A stretch of 64,000 bases of DNA. Origin: Mytilus californianus. Its lineage: Eukaryota. How positions within the stretch are numbered: position 1 is the stretch's first letter; every line of letters begins with the position of its first letter. Both the position numbers and the translations under genes were made by a program. Positions 13,316 through 26,842 of the stretch are shown here, piece after piece. The stretch spans positions 15,934,001 through 15,998,000 of the forward strand of contig NW_026262581.1 in the NCBI RefSeq assembly GCF_021869535.1, read 5' to 3'. The notes beneath the pieces were generated by a model that saw only the letters and a program-made list of their open reading frames with translations, searched no databases and was not told where the DNA came from.

Positions 13316-13576
13316 AAACAAGGAATTATTTGAATCAATAATGATTTTGAATTCCTGAAAATTGATACCAAATGTATGATGAAAACTAGCCCAATTAAGG
13401 AGGCTTAGTCATATATGCATGCATGGCTAAGAAGAGTTAGTTAGTTCATACTAAAATATCAGTGTAAGTAACCTGAACCTTAGCCATGCCTCTAAAGTTG
13501 GGTTAGTTTTCATCATACGTTTCTTATCAATTTTCCAGAATTCAAAATTATTCCATATTCAAATAATTCCTTGTTT
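13316..13576. mobile_element. Foldback/MITE with ~80-bp terminal inverted repeats
   Basis: AAACAAGGAATTATTTGAAT...GATGAAAACTAGCCCAA is the imperfect reverse complement of TTGGGTTAGTTTTCATC...ATTCAAATAATTCCTTGTTT. Confidence 0.75.
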
Positions 13577-13762
13577 GTACCTAAACAGCCTTTGGTTGCC
13601 ATGGACATCTGGGTACCTGCTATTTTGAATCAATAATCCAAGGTTCCTATACTAAGCCTCATAGCTTAAATGAAACAGAAATTGTGTTTTAAAATTTCAG
13701 TTGATATGTACTTTGAAGTCAGTATTATAAATCATTATTTTTCTGTTTTGTATAAATTGTAG

Positions 13763-13966
13763 TCATCGTTAGCAGTTAATGGACTTACACAAGAATATGA
13801 TATAACATCGTCAGATCAGGCTATCAGAGAATCTTCCTCGAGATCCAGAACCTCACAGCTTCAATCTTCACAGTCCACTACTCAACAGCTAGAAGCTAAA
13901 TCTATCCCTCCACAGTTATCTAATACATTAGAACAAATTGTTGGTCAGCTAGATGTTTTAACGCAG
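13763..13966 (+). CDS. POC1: POC1 exon (Ser-rich linker and start of Poc1 coiled coil)
   Basis: ttgtag|TCA...CAG|gttcg; 204 nt phase 0; ends IPPQLSNTLEQIVGQLDVLTQ typical of POC1 C-terminal domain. Confidence 0.92.
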
Positions 13967-15127
13967 GTTCGTTATAATAAATTTCATTTTGTCTAGAACA
14001 GTCTTACGCTTTGGGGTTTCCTATCAGCATTTAACCCTGAGAAATTTGACATGAAACACATGTAGAGCCAGAAACACATAGTCCCTGCAACTAAGAAGGA
14101 GGTATACTGATTCAACTCTCTGTCCCTCCAATGATTTTTTTTGTCACAATTTTTTTAAGAACTGCAAATCAGAGCAGACCTTCATGACATTTGTTATCAA
14201 GCTTAATGTGAGCATGCTATACCATTTGATACATTTTCACATCCATTGATCATCAAATAAGTACTGATTGTCATGAAATAGCACAATAGTGCTGAAAGTG
14301 GTGTTAAACACCAATCAATTAATCAATCATTGATCATCAACTTCCTGTTTACTGAATACTTGTATATTATTGCACATAATGGCCATGTATGAAATTTTCC
14401 TCACATTATTCTAAGGAACTTCGAATCAGAATTTCCTGAAAATTGCTATCAAGCTTCATGTTAGATTATTATACAGCTTCCTGTTTGCTGAATACTTATA
14501 GCTACAATATTATTAGTGACTCACAGTACATCTTGTTTTACATAAGTTACTCAAACCATGAAATTGACCATCAACGAGATTACAACTTTTCAACTATCCA
14601 AGAAAATTGGTTTCAATGAAAATAAATGAATCCAAAGATTATATTGGCCTTTTAGGTCAAATATGTCAATTGTGACATGTAATGACATCATTGTGACATC
14701 ATGAATGTAGACATTTCTGCAAGTGCACTAAATTTTCCAGATGTTATCATCCTACTCATTTATCAATAAATTAACATCGTTTTGAAAGGTTGAATAATTT
14801 ACTCATTTTTGCAATTTATGGGCCCAATAATGGTTCTTATCCGCAATTTGTATTTTTTCCCTTTGATCTTACTGCCTAATATTTTTCTCTATCATAGACA
14901 GGACCTGATACTCAAAAATATTAGACAATGTCGTTACATAACAGTGCAGCAACGTCACACATTCATGTCCCTCCGCACCAATTTATTAATTGAATACACA
15001 CTTCATTCATACAACCGAATAACTATCACAACGTTTTCTACGTGTAAAAATAATTTTACTTACTATTTCTCTTTATTTCATATTCTTAAACAAAAAACAT
15101 ATTGTTAAGACAAAATTGCCAATAAAA

Positions 15128-15250
15128 AGAATAATGGCATTTTAATTTTAGATACTGACTTCATCAGCTGGAATATCAGCTCGCCCTTACAGGCTCGCTT
15201 GATATTCTTGCTTATAAAGTCAGTATCAAAAACAAAAATGCCATTATTCT
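15128..15250. repeat. Imperfect palindromic element (123 bp)
   Basis: AGAATAATGGCATTTT..GATACTGACTT..GAATATC pairs with GATATTC..AAGTCAGTATC..AAAATGCCATTATTCT around a GCTCGCCCTTACAGGCTCGC centre. Confidence 0.7.
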
Positions 15251-15586
15251 ATATTTATCATTTATGCTCCTCCTCTTTAACATTTATATTTATGTTAGTT
15301 AAGTTGTCAATATTTTATTTTAATTTGCACTCAGTTTCCAATATACCATGATAGAGATCATAGGATTGTAGGAGTCTGACACCAGTATTTAGCAATACAC
15401 TGCTGCCCACACATAAATTCACATGCACTTTAGTTTAAATGTTGTGTAATATACAATTACAGAATTGATTTATTATCACATCAATATCTAAATATATAAC
15501 TTGAATTTGATCTGTAAGTAACATAAGTTTAGGTATTGATCTTTACATGTAGATTGCTAATAACAAAGTTTAATTTTTGTTTGCAG

Positions 15587-15691
15587 ACAGTTTCACTATT
15601 AGAACAAAGATTGACAATGACGGAAAACAAATTACGTGAATGCTTGGACAATCAGCAGAAAATTACGTTACAGATCCGTCCCACAGATTAG
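15587..15691 (+). CDS. POC1: POC1 last coding exon (coiled coil)
   Basis: ttgcag|ACA...TAG; [34 protein letters not shown] matches POC1 C-terminus (TVSILEQRLTLTEDKLK, recalled); AATAAA at 15859-15864. Confidence 0.95.
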   Translation, partial: TVSLLEQRLTMTENKLRECLDNQQKITLQIRPTD

Positions 15692-16689
15692 TTCTCTACG
15701 ATATGTGCTACTGTCACCCATAACAAGATTTATGCCAGAAGAAAATGACTTTACTAATAGACCCACAGATTGGATAGTATTATGTCACAAAGATATGTAC
15801 CAACTTCACATGAAATCAGATTTAATGTCCAAGTTTGTAGGGTTTTTTTGTAATCTCAAATAAAAAGCAGATCTGAAAAACAATGCAGTTTAATTTAAAT
15901 TTTGTGTGCATTTCACATAAATCTTTATTTAGTTGGATATTTTGTTAAATGTTAGTTGCAGAACAAAACAGAATTTATCATCAGGTAATTGATTGACAAA
16001 GATTGAGTAGAAGTTATGCATCTATTTTTTGTAGCCTCATTGGGAATAGTAATTGACTTATTAACCTATTTGAACATAAATTGTTTAGGTTTTTTTTTTT
16101 TTAATTTTCAAAATAATAAATATCATTGGTTTAAAACTGTTTGATACCTGATAGAAACATTCTACTTCTTATATTATATAAGAAATGTAACACTTTATAT
16201 ACTTTTCATGAATTTTACCCCCAAAAAGTAAGGTATCTTGTAACATATTTTCAAATCACATCTTCAGATTTATAATGATTTTTAATTTGATATCAAAGAT
16301 ACCATCCATTATTTCTTTTCCTCAACCAATTTTGAAAAAAAAATCATTTGTATCTTTTAAAGGCAAGTTTACGTCATTATACCTTTCAGGTTATGTCTGA
16401 AGTATGCATTTTAATGGTGCAGTTCATATTTTATTTTTATTATGAATCAAATTATATTGCTTCTGTCTCTATGTTTATGAATTTATTGAATTTACTGGAA
16501 TACCTCCACATTTTCATCTTATACTTGACTAGAATCTCCTGTTACTAAAATTAGATTCTGTTTTGAAAAAGTACTATTTTATGATACTTTTTTATTGCAG
16601 GGAAACATAATGATACATGTAAATATTAATATGCCCCCTTTTGGTGAAGTTAGGCATAAAGTTATTTTTTTTGTTACTTTGTCTGTTCA

Positions 16690-17000
16690 TTTATCCACCC
16701 ACACTCCTCCTAAATCAGTGACCCAATTTTTATTCACCCACACTCCTCCTAAATCAGTGACCCAATTTTTATCCACCCACACTCCTCCTAAATCAGTGAC
16801 CCAATTTTTACCCACCAACACTCCTACTAAATCAGTGATCCAATTTTTATCCACCCACATTCCTCTTAAATTAGTCACCCTATTTTATCCATTCTTGCTC
16901 CTCCTAAATCAGTGACCCAATTTTTATCTACCCACACTCCTCCTAAATCAGCGACCCAATTTTTATCTACCCACACTCCTCCTAAATCAGTGACCCAATT
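16690..17000. repeat. 39-bp minisatellite, 8 copies
   Basis: TAAATCAG anchor recurs at 16711, 16750, 16789, 16828, 16867, 16905, 16944, 16983. Confidence 0.93.
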
Positions 17001-18645
17001 TCAATGAATCTTCAGTACCTGATTGTATTGTGTACCTCAAATTTTATTTGTTAGATTATGATGCTTTTTGGGGTTTCACAGGACGAATCATACATTTTGC
17101 CATGTCTATTGAAATAGGGAAGTGGGTGTTTGAATTTGTAATTTTTTTTTAAAGTTTTTATGGAAGTTCTAGGTACAACTCTTATAAAGTACCAAGACAA
17201 CTAAGTATATCATGTCAAAATAAGATGTAATAGGTTTTATACTTGATAAGGGGTATATATTTAGGTATAGTGGATTCATTTATTTTGGTGGATACCAATT
17301 TTCATAGATTGAGGGAAAATTGTGTCTACCTGGATATTTGATTTGAAGGATTTGCCTAAGTCTGCTTAGAAGCCTATAGACAATCTATAATTCACAGAAT
17401 ATTTAAATTTGTGGTTAACCTACACCCATGAAATACGAAAATTAGTATCCTGTGAAAAATGAATCCACAGTATCATTCATAGAACCAGTCTTGTGAATAA
17501 AATTGATATGTCCTGTCAACATTGTTTAATTAGATTTGTGAAGATATTATATTATTGTTTGTTTGTACAGCTCTGTAGATATCTTAAAAGAAAATGTATA
17601 TAATCATTAATTTTATTTGTAAATTGAAACTAATACATTTTATTGTACATACTTATATCAGTAAACATTTAAAAAATTGTGTATTGTTTATTTTGATATA
17701 TAGATTTCGATTGACATAATTTGGGCAAGAGTTATTTTCCTTTTGTTGCCATGTTGGAAGTCAATGTGCACAAATGTCTTCATAAATCAGCCATATTCAA
17801 CTTTTTAAACTGACTGCTAGACTTTAGAAAAGGTTGTTTTCTAAACAATTAAGCCTTGCTTAATTCATCACTACAGTCTAGTAAGGATCTTTAATCAAGA
17901 CTTGTTTGTACCACATGTTTAAATTTGGTTTGTCAAATAAGAAAATCAGCCAGTTACACCTTAAACATGGGCCCAAGGGAAATAACTCAGACTCAAATTA
18001 CATCATAATGAAACCTATCTATAGACATTTCTGAAAAAAAACAGACCCATTGAAGGAGTAAGGATGTGTTGTTGATAGACATTAGACACTTATCTTAGAC
18101 AGTACTCAGAAATAACCATGTTTCAATGAACAATGGTTGTTATTTATATACATTACCTGAACTATCAACAGATGGTCTTTCAAAATGATCTCAACACTTC
18201 AAATTCTCCATTTGTGGGCAATAGAATAAAACTGTATAGTAAGATTATGGAAGTGGCAATAACCCTATAAACCATTCACTTTCAGTGTTTTTCTATCAAT
18301 TTGAAAATATATTGTGCCCAAGTTCTGATCATTGTCTTAAAATGTCTTACAGGAGTTTGTATAAAGAAACTAAAGGAACAAATATTGAAATGAGATTAGA
18401 AAAAATGTCAAACTAGCTAAAAAAAAGGACTGAATCACAATAGTAATGATGCTTTGATTTTGTCTGTATAAGTGTCATATTTAATATTGACAACTTTATT
18501 AGGGAACCATATCCTTCTTTATAAGATAATCTGGAATTATCTGTTTTTTTTTTAATGATAAGTTTCTTAAGTAATATTGGGACTTGACTAAATAATCCTT
18601 TTGTAGAAATGTTTCATGATTTTCTATCAGTCAGAAATATAAAAT

Positions 18646-19083
18646 GATTGATTGATTGATTGCTGGTTGCTTAACGTCCAGTGTCAAATATTTCATGCAT
18701 GTTCAGGACGAGAACAAGTTAACAATAAATACAATAGGTAAGTCTTACAGTAGAGGCTGTCTGGGATGAAGGTTGGGGAAATGTGGACTGCCACGGGACA
18801 ATGAGGGTATATTGGATATGGACAGAAATTTTGCCTAGCAACAGGCCACCTACGTACCACTCAAAGAGTTGTTGCAAGGGTTCTTAACGTGCAAAGAGCG
18901 TGGCAATCTCTCTACACGAGGCATCGGATTTAACGTCCCCATTCTAACCCGACGTGGCTGCAAATTTGATACATCCCGCACAGCCAAACGGACACCCCAC
19001 TTTGGCAAGGGTTCTACTGCCGGTCAGAGGAAGACCAATGGTGACCATATTTCTATTCCCCAGTCACCCTTGGGGATTAAAAT
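18646..19083 (-). mobile_element. SINE with Meta-like core and (GATT)n tail
   Basis: Minus strand has GGGGACGTTAAATCCGATG...GCACGTTAAGAACCC (resembles Meta domain), ends ...GGACGTTAAGCAACC-(AATC)n; flanked by direct repeat AAATATAAAATGA (18635, 19084) as candidate TSD; no clear tRNA A/B boxes seen. Confidence 0.7.
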
Positions 19084-19087
19084 AAAT

Positions 19088-19190
19088 ATAAAATGAAGAA
19101 GATGTGGTATGATTGCCAAACAGACAATGATCAACCAAAGACCAAAGGATTTTAACAACTATATGTCATTGTACAGCCTTCAACAACAAG
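19088..19190 (-). mobile_element. Short 3'-end fragment of Penelope-like element family
   Basis: AAGAAGATGTGGTATGATTGCC...CAGCCTTCAACA matches terminus at 44511-44640. Confidence 0.65.
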
Positions 19191-19859
19191 CATATAATCA
19201 TAGCAAGTTATTTTTTTATGTACTCAAAAGTATTAGTTTAGATGTCCAATTCTGACTTGTACAATAATGATTAATTTTTGTCCCAAGTAAACCTTTGTGT
19301 GTACCAATATTAATATTTAATTATCATCTCCTTCAGCTAAAAAAACCTAGATGTTGTGTGACCTTGGACTCACTTTTTTATACCCTCTCACTTTTCAGTG
19401 AAAGGAAATGCATATAACAAACAATGTTGAAATAGACAACTGAAAGTAGATGAGCACATAGTTGATTTTACCAATATTATATTTGGTATAAATTATCAAG
19501 AAGCTATGATATGCAGCTGCTGAGAACATTTATTCTATATGCATCAATGTAAAGAACATGCATATATCCGTTTAACAGAAGGAAGATAAATGGCAGAACT
19601 GAAAGTACAATGTATGTTGTACAATTCTAGTCCCTTTCTTTGTGCAATGCTTAAAACAGTTTACTTCTCTACCCTGTATATAAGTAGTCCTTACTATAAA
19701 CTTAAAACTCAAAGAATAAATCAAAAAATGTTTATGGAAAATCTAAATACATACATCTTGTTTCAGAAAGATACAAATCATACTTAATAAAAAAAGAAGA
19801 AAAAGGATCTTTATTCGAACAAAAAGTTCTCTGAAAGTGGTATAAAATTGCTTGATTTT

Positions 19860-20375
19860 TTTAATTGACAGCATATTTGTTATTTTTGGTATCCATGTAT
19901 TCAACAAACAGTCGATATTCCTATGAGAACAAATTGTGCTCCTCTTCTTGCAGACTTGTATCTTTATTCAGTCGAGGTAGCCTTCATACAGGCCTTCTCA
20001 AGAAAAATGCAGAGACGCTAGCACTATCTTATGCTAACGTTCTTCCATATGGTTTATTTTATGTGTAAGTCAAAGTTTTGTGACTGTTGATCTGATCTAT
20101 CCCATTGAACATTAATGAAGGATAGTTCAGATACAGATAGGTTTGATTTATATTACCTTGACTTACATCGAGAAATTTACAATGGGGTCAGATGAGAGCT
20201 AAACTTCATGACCAAAAAGATGATTTTGATTTATCTATTTTGAACGTTCCATTTCTATGTACTAGTATCAAAATTGTAACCGTGCCATCTTAAATAGTAA
20301 AGAGTATATAGCCCTCAGTTGATACGATAGTCCAGCGGTAGCTTTTTCGTATATGGTTTTTCTGATGCAAGGAAG
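19860..20375 (+). pseudogene. Heavily decayed Penelope-like (Naiad-type) RT fragment
   Basis: Mixed-frame motifs IPMRTNCAPLLADLYLYS, IYPIE, YLDLH, KDDFDLSILNVPFLC, SQLIR, same family as 45032-46003. Confidence 0.8.
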
Positions 20376-20379
20376 CTAA

Positions 20380-20505
20380 TGCCAAACGCTGGTTTTGTCT
20401 TCATTAGACTCATCAGTGACGCTCGAATAAAAAAAGTACGTATCCAAAATTCTGAAAGGCTTTGCCTAAGCTAAGGTAATCTATTCATGGGGTAGAACAT
20501 CCTTA
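20380..20505 (-). mobile_element. Short repeat with degenerate hammerhead core
   Basis: Minus strand GAGCGTCA-CTGATGA-GTCT-AATGA-AGAC-AAAA; stem II intact, GAAA mutated to AAAA. Confidence 0.65.
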
Positions 20506-22060
20506 CTACTAGTACTTAGTTTAATCCTTAAACCATGTTCTTATAATAAAGATTACATCATCTCTTTTACATGAAACGATAGTTTTTAGATTTAGAAATG
20601 ACTTTGGATACACAATTCACTAATTTCATCAGCTGAGAAATTATGTACAATTCATATTTACAATAGGGACACAGGCAACACTAGCTGGTCAAATCTTTAA
20701 TTTAGTTCTAAAGTTTTACCAAAAATATAGTTGTATATATATCGTGATTTAGTTGGCAAAGTTTAATAAAAAATAGTGATGTCTCATAACCAACTCTCCA
20801 TGGAAATATCATTTGTTATTTACAAAGAGAACAAATCGAGTAGTTCAAATATTATAAATTACGCTGTACAGTTGTGAAATCATTGCATCTTGTTTTTAAG
20901 CCTTAGAAGTTTACAATAGGGACACAGGCATTCTTCTTTCTAAGTTTTGTTTACAATTAACGATCGTGTTTTTTCTGCATAAAAGGGGTATTGAGTACTA
21001 CAAAACTACACGTAAAGCAACCCCCCCCCCCCCCTAATATGGTTATGACTTTTTTTATTAGTTGTGACTTGAATTTGTGTTTGTCTCATGAAGAATTGAA
21101 TGTAGATGACAGATCTTTCGATTTATTGTCAATTTGTCTTGACCCGGCCATGTGGTAAAGACGCTTGAGTGCTGCTGAAGACAGAAAAAATAGCCAAAAT
21201 ACCAAAAAAGGGTCAATGACTTCTCGGGGAGGATACCTTCAATGGTTTACAGTACACCAGCAGTGGTATAATTGGTGGTATAATTGTTGTACCCTATTGA
21301 GTTCAGATGGCATACTGAGAGCAAAGTATGTATTTTATCATGTGACATTTTTATTTGTTAAGATAATTTTAATTTGCACGTATGGTGGAAGAAATTACAT
21401 ACACAGACTAAATATACTTTAGAATTCATTCAGATAATGGTAGGGTAAAATTTAAAGTTGCTGTAGATTGATTACATTAATGCATACTTGAAATTAGTCA
21501 TATGTTATCTTTACAGATTGGTACTTTTTATGTAATAAATTGTCCGAATAAGGAGGAGGGCAATGAAACCCATACATTGGCCCTTAACTTAAAAAAAAGT
21601 ATTTTTGTTCAGATATGAAAAGATTAAGACACATTTGCAAGCATGGTACAATGTGTTGTCTAACATATACAGTTTATAAGGTCATTGCGACCAGCAAAAC
21701 TTATGAAAGCAGCAAAAAATGGCAAAACGAGTAATCATGGCGATAACTGTTTTACGTTTATTATTGTCATAAATAATACCACGTCTCCTTATATTTATAT
21801 AATTTCAATAATTATGATAATACTAACAATCTGTTATGTAATCGTTACTTAGTAGTTAACAGTAATTCAAGGGTACAGACTTGTTTTTGTTTTGTCACGA
21901 CAGTTTCTGTCATTTGTTGTTACTTTTAAATTTAATATACAATATTAACTTCAAATGTCATGAAAACCTGGTGGAAATAATGCAACATTTTCATCAAAAA
22001 AGATTCTTTTAATGTTTTTCTACAATTATGTTATTTTCCATATCAACGATTGCAGAAATT

Positions 22061-23166
22061 AAACAAGAGTGCACATGCTAAAATGTCTCGCCTGCTTTAC
22101 TGACCATTAACTTTATGTTGAAAGTCTAAAAGATAAAGGTTTTACTACAAGTATCACATAAACTTAACATTTTTAAAGATCCATGACAATGAGGTCAAGG
22201 TCAGATAAATCCTGTCGGACAGACATGTACACCTTACAATTATTTCTAACACTAAATATAGTTAACCTATTGCATATGGTAATTGAAAAACAGACGAAAA
22301 CACAAAAACTTAACATTGACCAATGAAGCATGAAAATGAGGTCAAGATCAGATCATACCTGCAAGACAGACATGTACACCTTACAATTATTCCATACACA
22401 AAATATAGCTGGCCTTTTGCTATAAGTATTTGAAAAACAGACTAAAACACAAAAACTTAACATCAACCAATGAACCTTGAAAATGAGGTCAAGGTCAGAA
22501 GATACCGACATGTACACCTTACAATCATTCCCCACACCAAATATAGTTAATATATTGCTTACAGTACTTGAAAAACAGACCAAAACACAGAAACTTAACA
22601 TTGACCAATGAAAATGAGAGCAAGGTCAGATGATACCGGCTAGACCGACATGTACACCTTACAATCATTCCATACACCAAATATAGTTGATCTATTGTGT
22701 ACAGTATTTGAAAACAGACAAAAACACAAAAAAAAACCTTAACTTCGACCAATGAACCAAGAAAATGAGGTCAAGGTCAGATGAAACTAGACTGACATGT
22801 ACCCCTTACAATCATTCCATACACCACACATAGTTTACCTACTGCTAATAGTATCTGAGAACCCATATGCCACACACTGTTATCCTTTTACTCATAATAA
22901 GTGAGAAATTCACTTGACAAAACAACAATAACTTTATTTCAAGTAGTTGCTGAACCATGAAAATGAGGCCAAGGACAATGGACATATGACAGACAGAAAT
23001 ATTTTCACATAAGGTATCTGCATACAAGGTATGAATCATCTAGCTCTTCTACGTTCTGAATTATAAAGCTTTATACAAATAGTTTACACCGCAGCCGCCA
23101 CCGCCGCCGTCGGATAGTAATCCCTATGTCTTGCATACTGCAACTTTCATCGCAGACAAGACGAAA
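22061..23166 (-). mobile_element. HINE with ~147-bp internal tandem array
   Basis: GAGGTCAAGGTCAGA-type anchor at 22191, 22338, 22485, ~22616, 22767; (CCG)n microsatellite near 23090-23110; HINE-like ends AAACAAGAGTGCAC and CTGCAAC..CGCAG. Confidence 0.8.
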
Positions 23167-23609
23167 CCAAACCGTAAAAATAAACATCATAATAAAATGA
23201 AACGTCATATCGATTATTATGGGAAAATATTGCATACTAGTTATTTTATAAACTGATTTTTATTTTCAATATATGTATCTTTTTCAATTATTTGTTTATT
23301 ACTTTTTTAGATTGCATTCAATAGTTAAAAAAAAAGGAAAAATAATTTAACTGCGAACGAAGACATTTTGATGATTTGATTTATTGCTAGTTGACCAGGG
23401 AATGACTAAAGCTCACATTGTTACAGACTGATATCGGTTGGTTATTTTTGTCGTTGAGTTGCTGTTTCAGTACCCCACTCTCCTTTTTATTCAAATGTTG
23501 GGGTAATGCATGTTAGTTCTAAATATGTCACTATAGCGAGGTAAAATATATTCCTCAAACTTTGCATATAAACTTATTAATGGCTAATTAAATTCAGAAA
23601 ATAACATGA

Positions 23610-24097
23610 ATATATAAATAGGAAGCTCAGATAGACAAGCTGAACACATGCAGAACATTCTCGCAGGTCAATATATAAATAGGAAGCTCAGATAGACAAA
23701 CTGAACACATGCAGAACATTCCCGCAGGTCAATATATAAATAGGAAGCTCAGATAGACAAACTGAACACATGCAGAACATTCCCGCAGGTCAATATATAA
23801 ATAAGAAGATCAGATAGACAAGCTGAACACATACAGAACATTCCCACAGGTCAATATATAAATAGGAAGCTCAGATAGACAAACTGAACACATACAGAAC
23901 ATTCCCACAGGTCAATATATAAATAGGAAGCTCAGATAGACAAACTGAACACATGCAGAACATTCCCGCAGGTCAATATATAAATAAGAAGATCAGATAG
24001 ACAAGCTGAACACATACAGAACATTCCCACAGGTCAATATATAAATAGGAAGCTCAGATAGACAAGCTGAACACATGCAGAACATTCCCGCAGGTCA
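23610..24097. repeat. 61-bp minisatellite, 8 near-identical copies
   Basis: ATATATAAATAGGAAGCTCAGATAGACAA(G/A)CTGAACACAT(G/A)CAGAACATTCCC(G/A)CAGGTCA at 61-bp period. Confidence 0.96.
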
Positions 24098-25103
24098 ATG
24101 AACAGGACAGTAGCCGGCTGAATTTAGATGATACATCGTAACAATATGATCAATAAGAAAAAGTTTTGCATTATGCAACCATTTTACTTTTTATCGATTG
24201 AATCGCATAACCCTTTAAAATGACTCTTCTTGTCTTTGAGAACTCGTTCATATTAACTCATGGTTTTCGTGCTATCTAGTTGAAATAAACTTTGCTTGTT
24301 TCAGTTAGATTTTCTGTACTTGTGTGTATCGATCAATTTTTACTCGTTTCCGGTTGTGTAACTATTAAATTTTGATGTGAAATATCATATTGGAACCATC
24401 AAAGAGTCATTTATGTATCAATTTTTAATCTAAACATAAAGGACTTCGATGCTGGAAATTCATTTTTATAAGTTTTTCGGAGTCTTGAGCTTTAACAAAT
24501 GATGAAAAATGAAATAGAAAAAAATGACTTAAAGTAAACATTTATTTGTCTATATTCAAAATGAGAAACGATCTTTTTGTTTTATGAAATAATGATTCAA
24601 TATCAATGGTGAGACATCTAAGATAAAAAAAATCGTAACTATTGTAGTAGAATTTATTCATATTTTATTATTCTACTCATGAATGAAACGTGCCCATAAA
24701 ACGGAACATCGACAACAGAAAAATTGGTGACGTTATATCGATTTATAAATATTTAGTCACGTTCTAAGTACAAATTAAACAAAGATGCAAGATACATTAT
24801 AATACAAGTCTGAATCAAATATATATTTATTTAAAACAATACATTGAAATAATTACAATTGGTTTTACTCGGATTACTTCAAATCAATATCTCAATTTCC
24901 CACATCAAATCATTGTGCGGGGACAGCTGTCGCCAATATATGATAACGAACACCACTGTATAGAGTGGCTATATATATGTGTTTTATCGACCATTCGAAA
25001 AATGGAAAAGACAATTTAAAATCAAAGTAATACTGTGCATACTATTTGGAATAATTGTATTATAAAATGTATGACAAAATATGGTAGTGAAGTTGAATGA
25101 AGG

Positions 25104-25226
25104 ATGGAAGAAGAGAGAAATATGTCTACTGATCACAACAGGTGTTGTGAGAGCTTGGTTCAAGAGTTTAGGCCAGATAATATCGGATTGGAATATGAAA
25201 ACCCATCAGATTTCGTCACACCCCAA
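25104..25226 (+). CDS. rost: Rolling-stone-like membrane protein, coding exon 1
   Basis: First in-frame ATG 25104 (second ATG 25122); MEEERNMSTDHNRCCESLVQEFRPDNIGLEYENPSDFVTPQ|gtaagt; EF..D..GL....PSDF..PQW pattern is typical of rost N-termini. Confidence 0.82.
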
Positions 25227-26842
25227 GTAAGTTGTTTTTAACTATAAGTAACTTATCATTTTTCAAACAGTTGCTGTAAAACTGCAGTGTTTGTTGTTAA
25301 GAGCCTTCCTCCGCATTTATAGCTTAAGATTAAATTTCAACTGCTTTCTTCAGTAATTCTTTGAAATTTGTTAGAATGTAGCTAACCAACAATCTAGGAT
25401 TATATTTCTGGTTTGGCTTGAATATCAATTAATTCAAAACTTTGAAAATAGATGAAAGATATATAGCACCAATTTGTTTTCACATGGGAAACCCCCGACC
25501 TAGATTTTGCCAGTGTGAAGAGCATCAAGGTTTAGGACCGTGTCTGGTCTTTCTTTTCCAATTTAAGATTATTGTTGGCTTATTCTATAAGATGTAGTTT
25601 TATGTTATTCAAATTAACAGTAAGACCTGTCAAGTCTGGTACAACCCACCATTTTCGTACTTAAGTGTGTGTGTGTACCTAGTTTAGAATATTACAGTTT
25701 ATTGTAAGATCATATATTTAAGTACACATAAACATATCTTTCCTAAAACTAGCCATTGATTTTTTTTTAGATATACCTTGAAGTTAAGTACACCGTTGTT
25801 TCCTGTCCATCAAGTAGTTCAATATAAAGATGTGACATTACAAATGTTATTTCAGAATCACATGATTCCGTGATTTATTCAATATTTGCAAAAATGATTA
25901 CATGATATAAACGATACAAAATCGAAAGCAAAATTGAAAAAATAACCATATATGAACGAAAGTGCATGTTTATCTATTCTTGATTGTCATTTTTATAGTC
26001 TCTAAAGGTCTTTACGTTAAAATAAGCCCACATCCTATAGCATGGGCAAGACGCATACTAGCTTTTTACCGTCAATCGTGCAAAAAAGAATATTGTGAAA
26101 CACTATTATAAATAAAAAATACAAACAAGTACTGCTACAGCTACGGACAGATAGGTCTTTCATGATTTTTCATCATCTTTTTCACCCTTAAAATGAAAGA
26201 ACGACTACGAACAAAGAGCATTATGGTCCGCAAGCAAACATTCAATATGGCTCATAGGAGATGGTAAGAAAAAAAAGTTTGCTGTCCTCCATTTTTAAAG
26301 GTTTTTTGTATTCCTTATCGTCATGGTTTTTTTATTCGTGAATAGATTCATCTCGAAAGCATTTGTTATTAATTGTTACTAAATATTTTCGTTTTTTTTA
26401 CATGGCATTGTTATTTCGTTTTCGTCTCATGTGTTTAACTATATCCCTGTGGTATCTCCCGCCTCTCTTTTTCAATAATAAAACTATCTAGACGAATGTA
26501 TGCATGCATTTTTTTGTCGATAGCGCTTCTATTTCTGAATCACACCATCTACCTTAATTCTTGACCCTAACCAAAGTATTAAGCTATCAATTGTCTGGTA
26601 TCTCCCCTTTGAGATTATACTTAACAATATTGCACTAAACACTGTAATAATTGGACAGACGCTTTGGTGTGTGGAAATCTCAGAACGATAAATTGTGCAT
26701 AAGAAGTCGTATAATGATTACCTTAAACGCGGTGTTTGGTAACAAATCAAGTAGCTTTGTTTTACAAATTGACAAGATACCAAACGTTCCTTAATTCAAC
26801 TTTCTTCTCAAAATATTTCAAGACTGGAATCTGATGTTCAGT

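Noticed and set aside
15160-15185. CTGATGA on minus strand
   Set aside because: Part of a palindrome arm; no GAAA or hammerhead stems
16595-16915. Repetitive ORFs on both strands (THTPPKSVTQFL)
   Set aside because: Artefact of a 39-bp unit divisible by three with no stops
20658-20931. 21-bp direct repeat TTTACAATAGGGACACAGGCA twice
   Set aside because: Only two copies with no associated structure; probably a local duplication
23610-24097. CRISPR-like regular repeat
   Set aside because: Contiguous units with no unique spacers, eukaryotic context, no cas genes; the same applies to the 187-bp arrays
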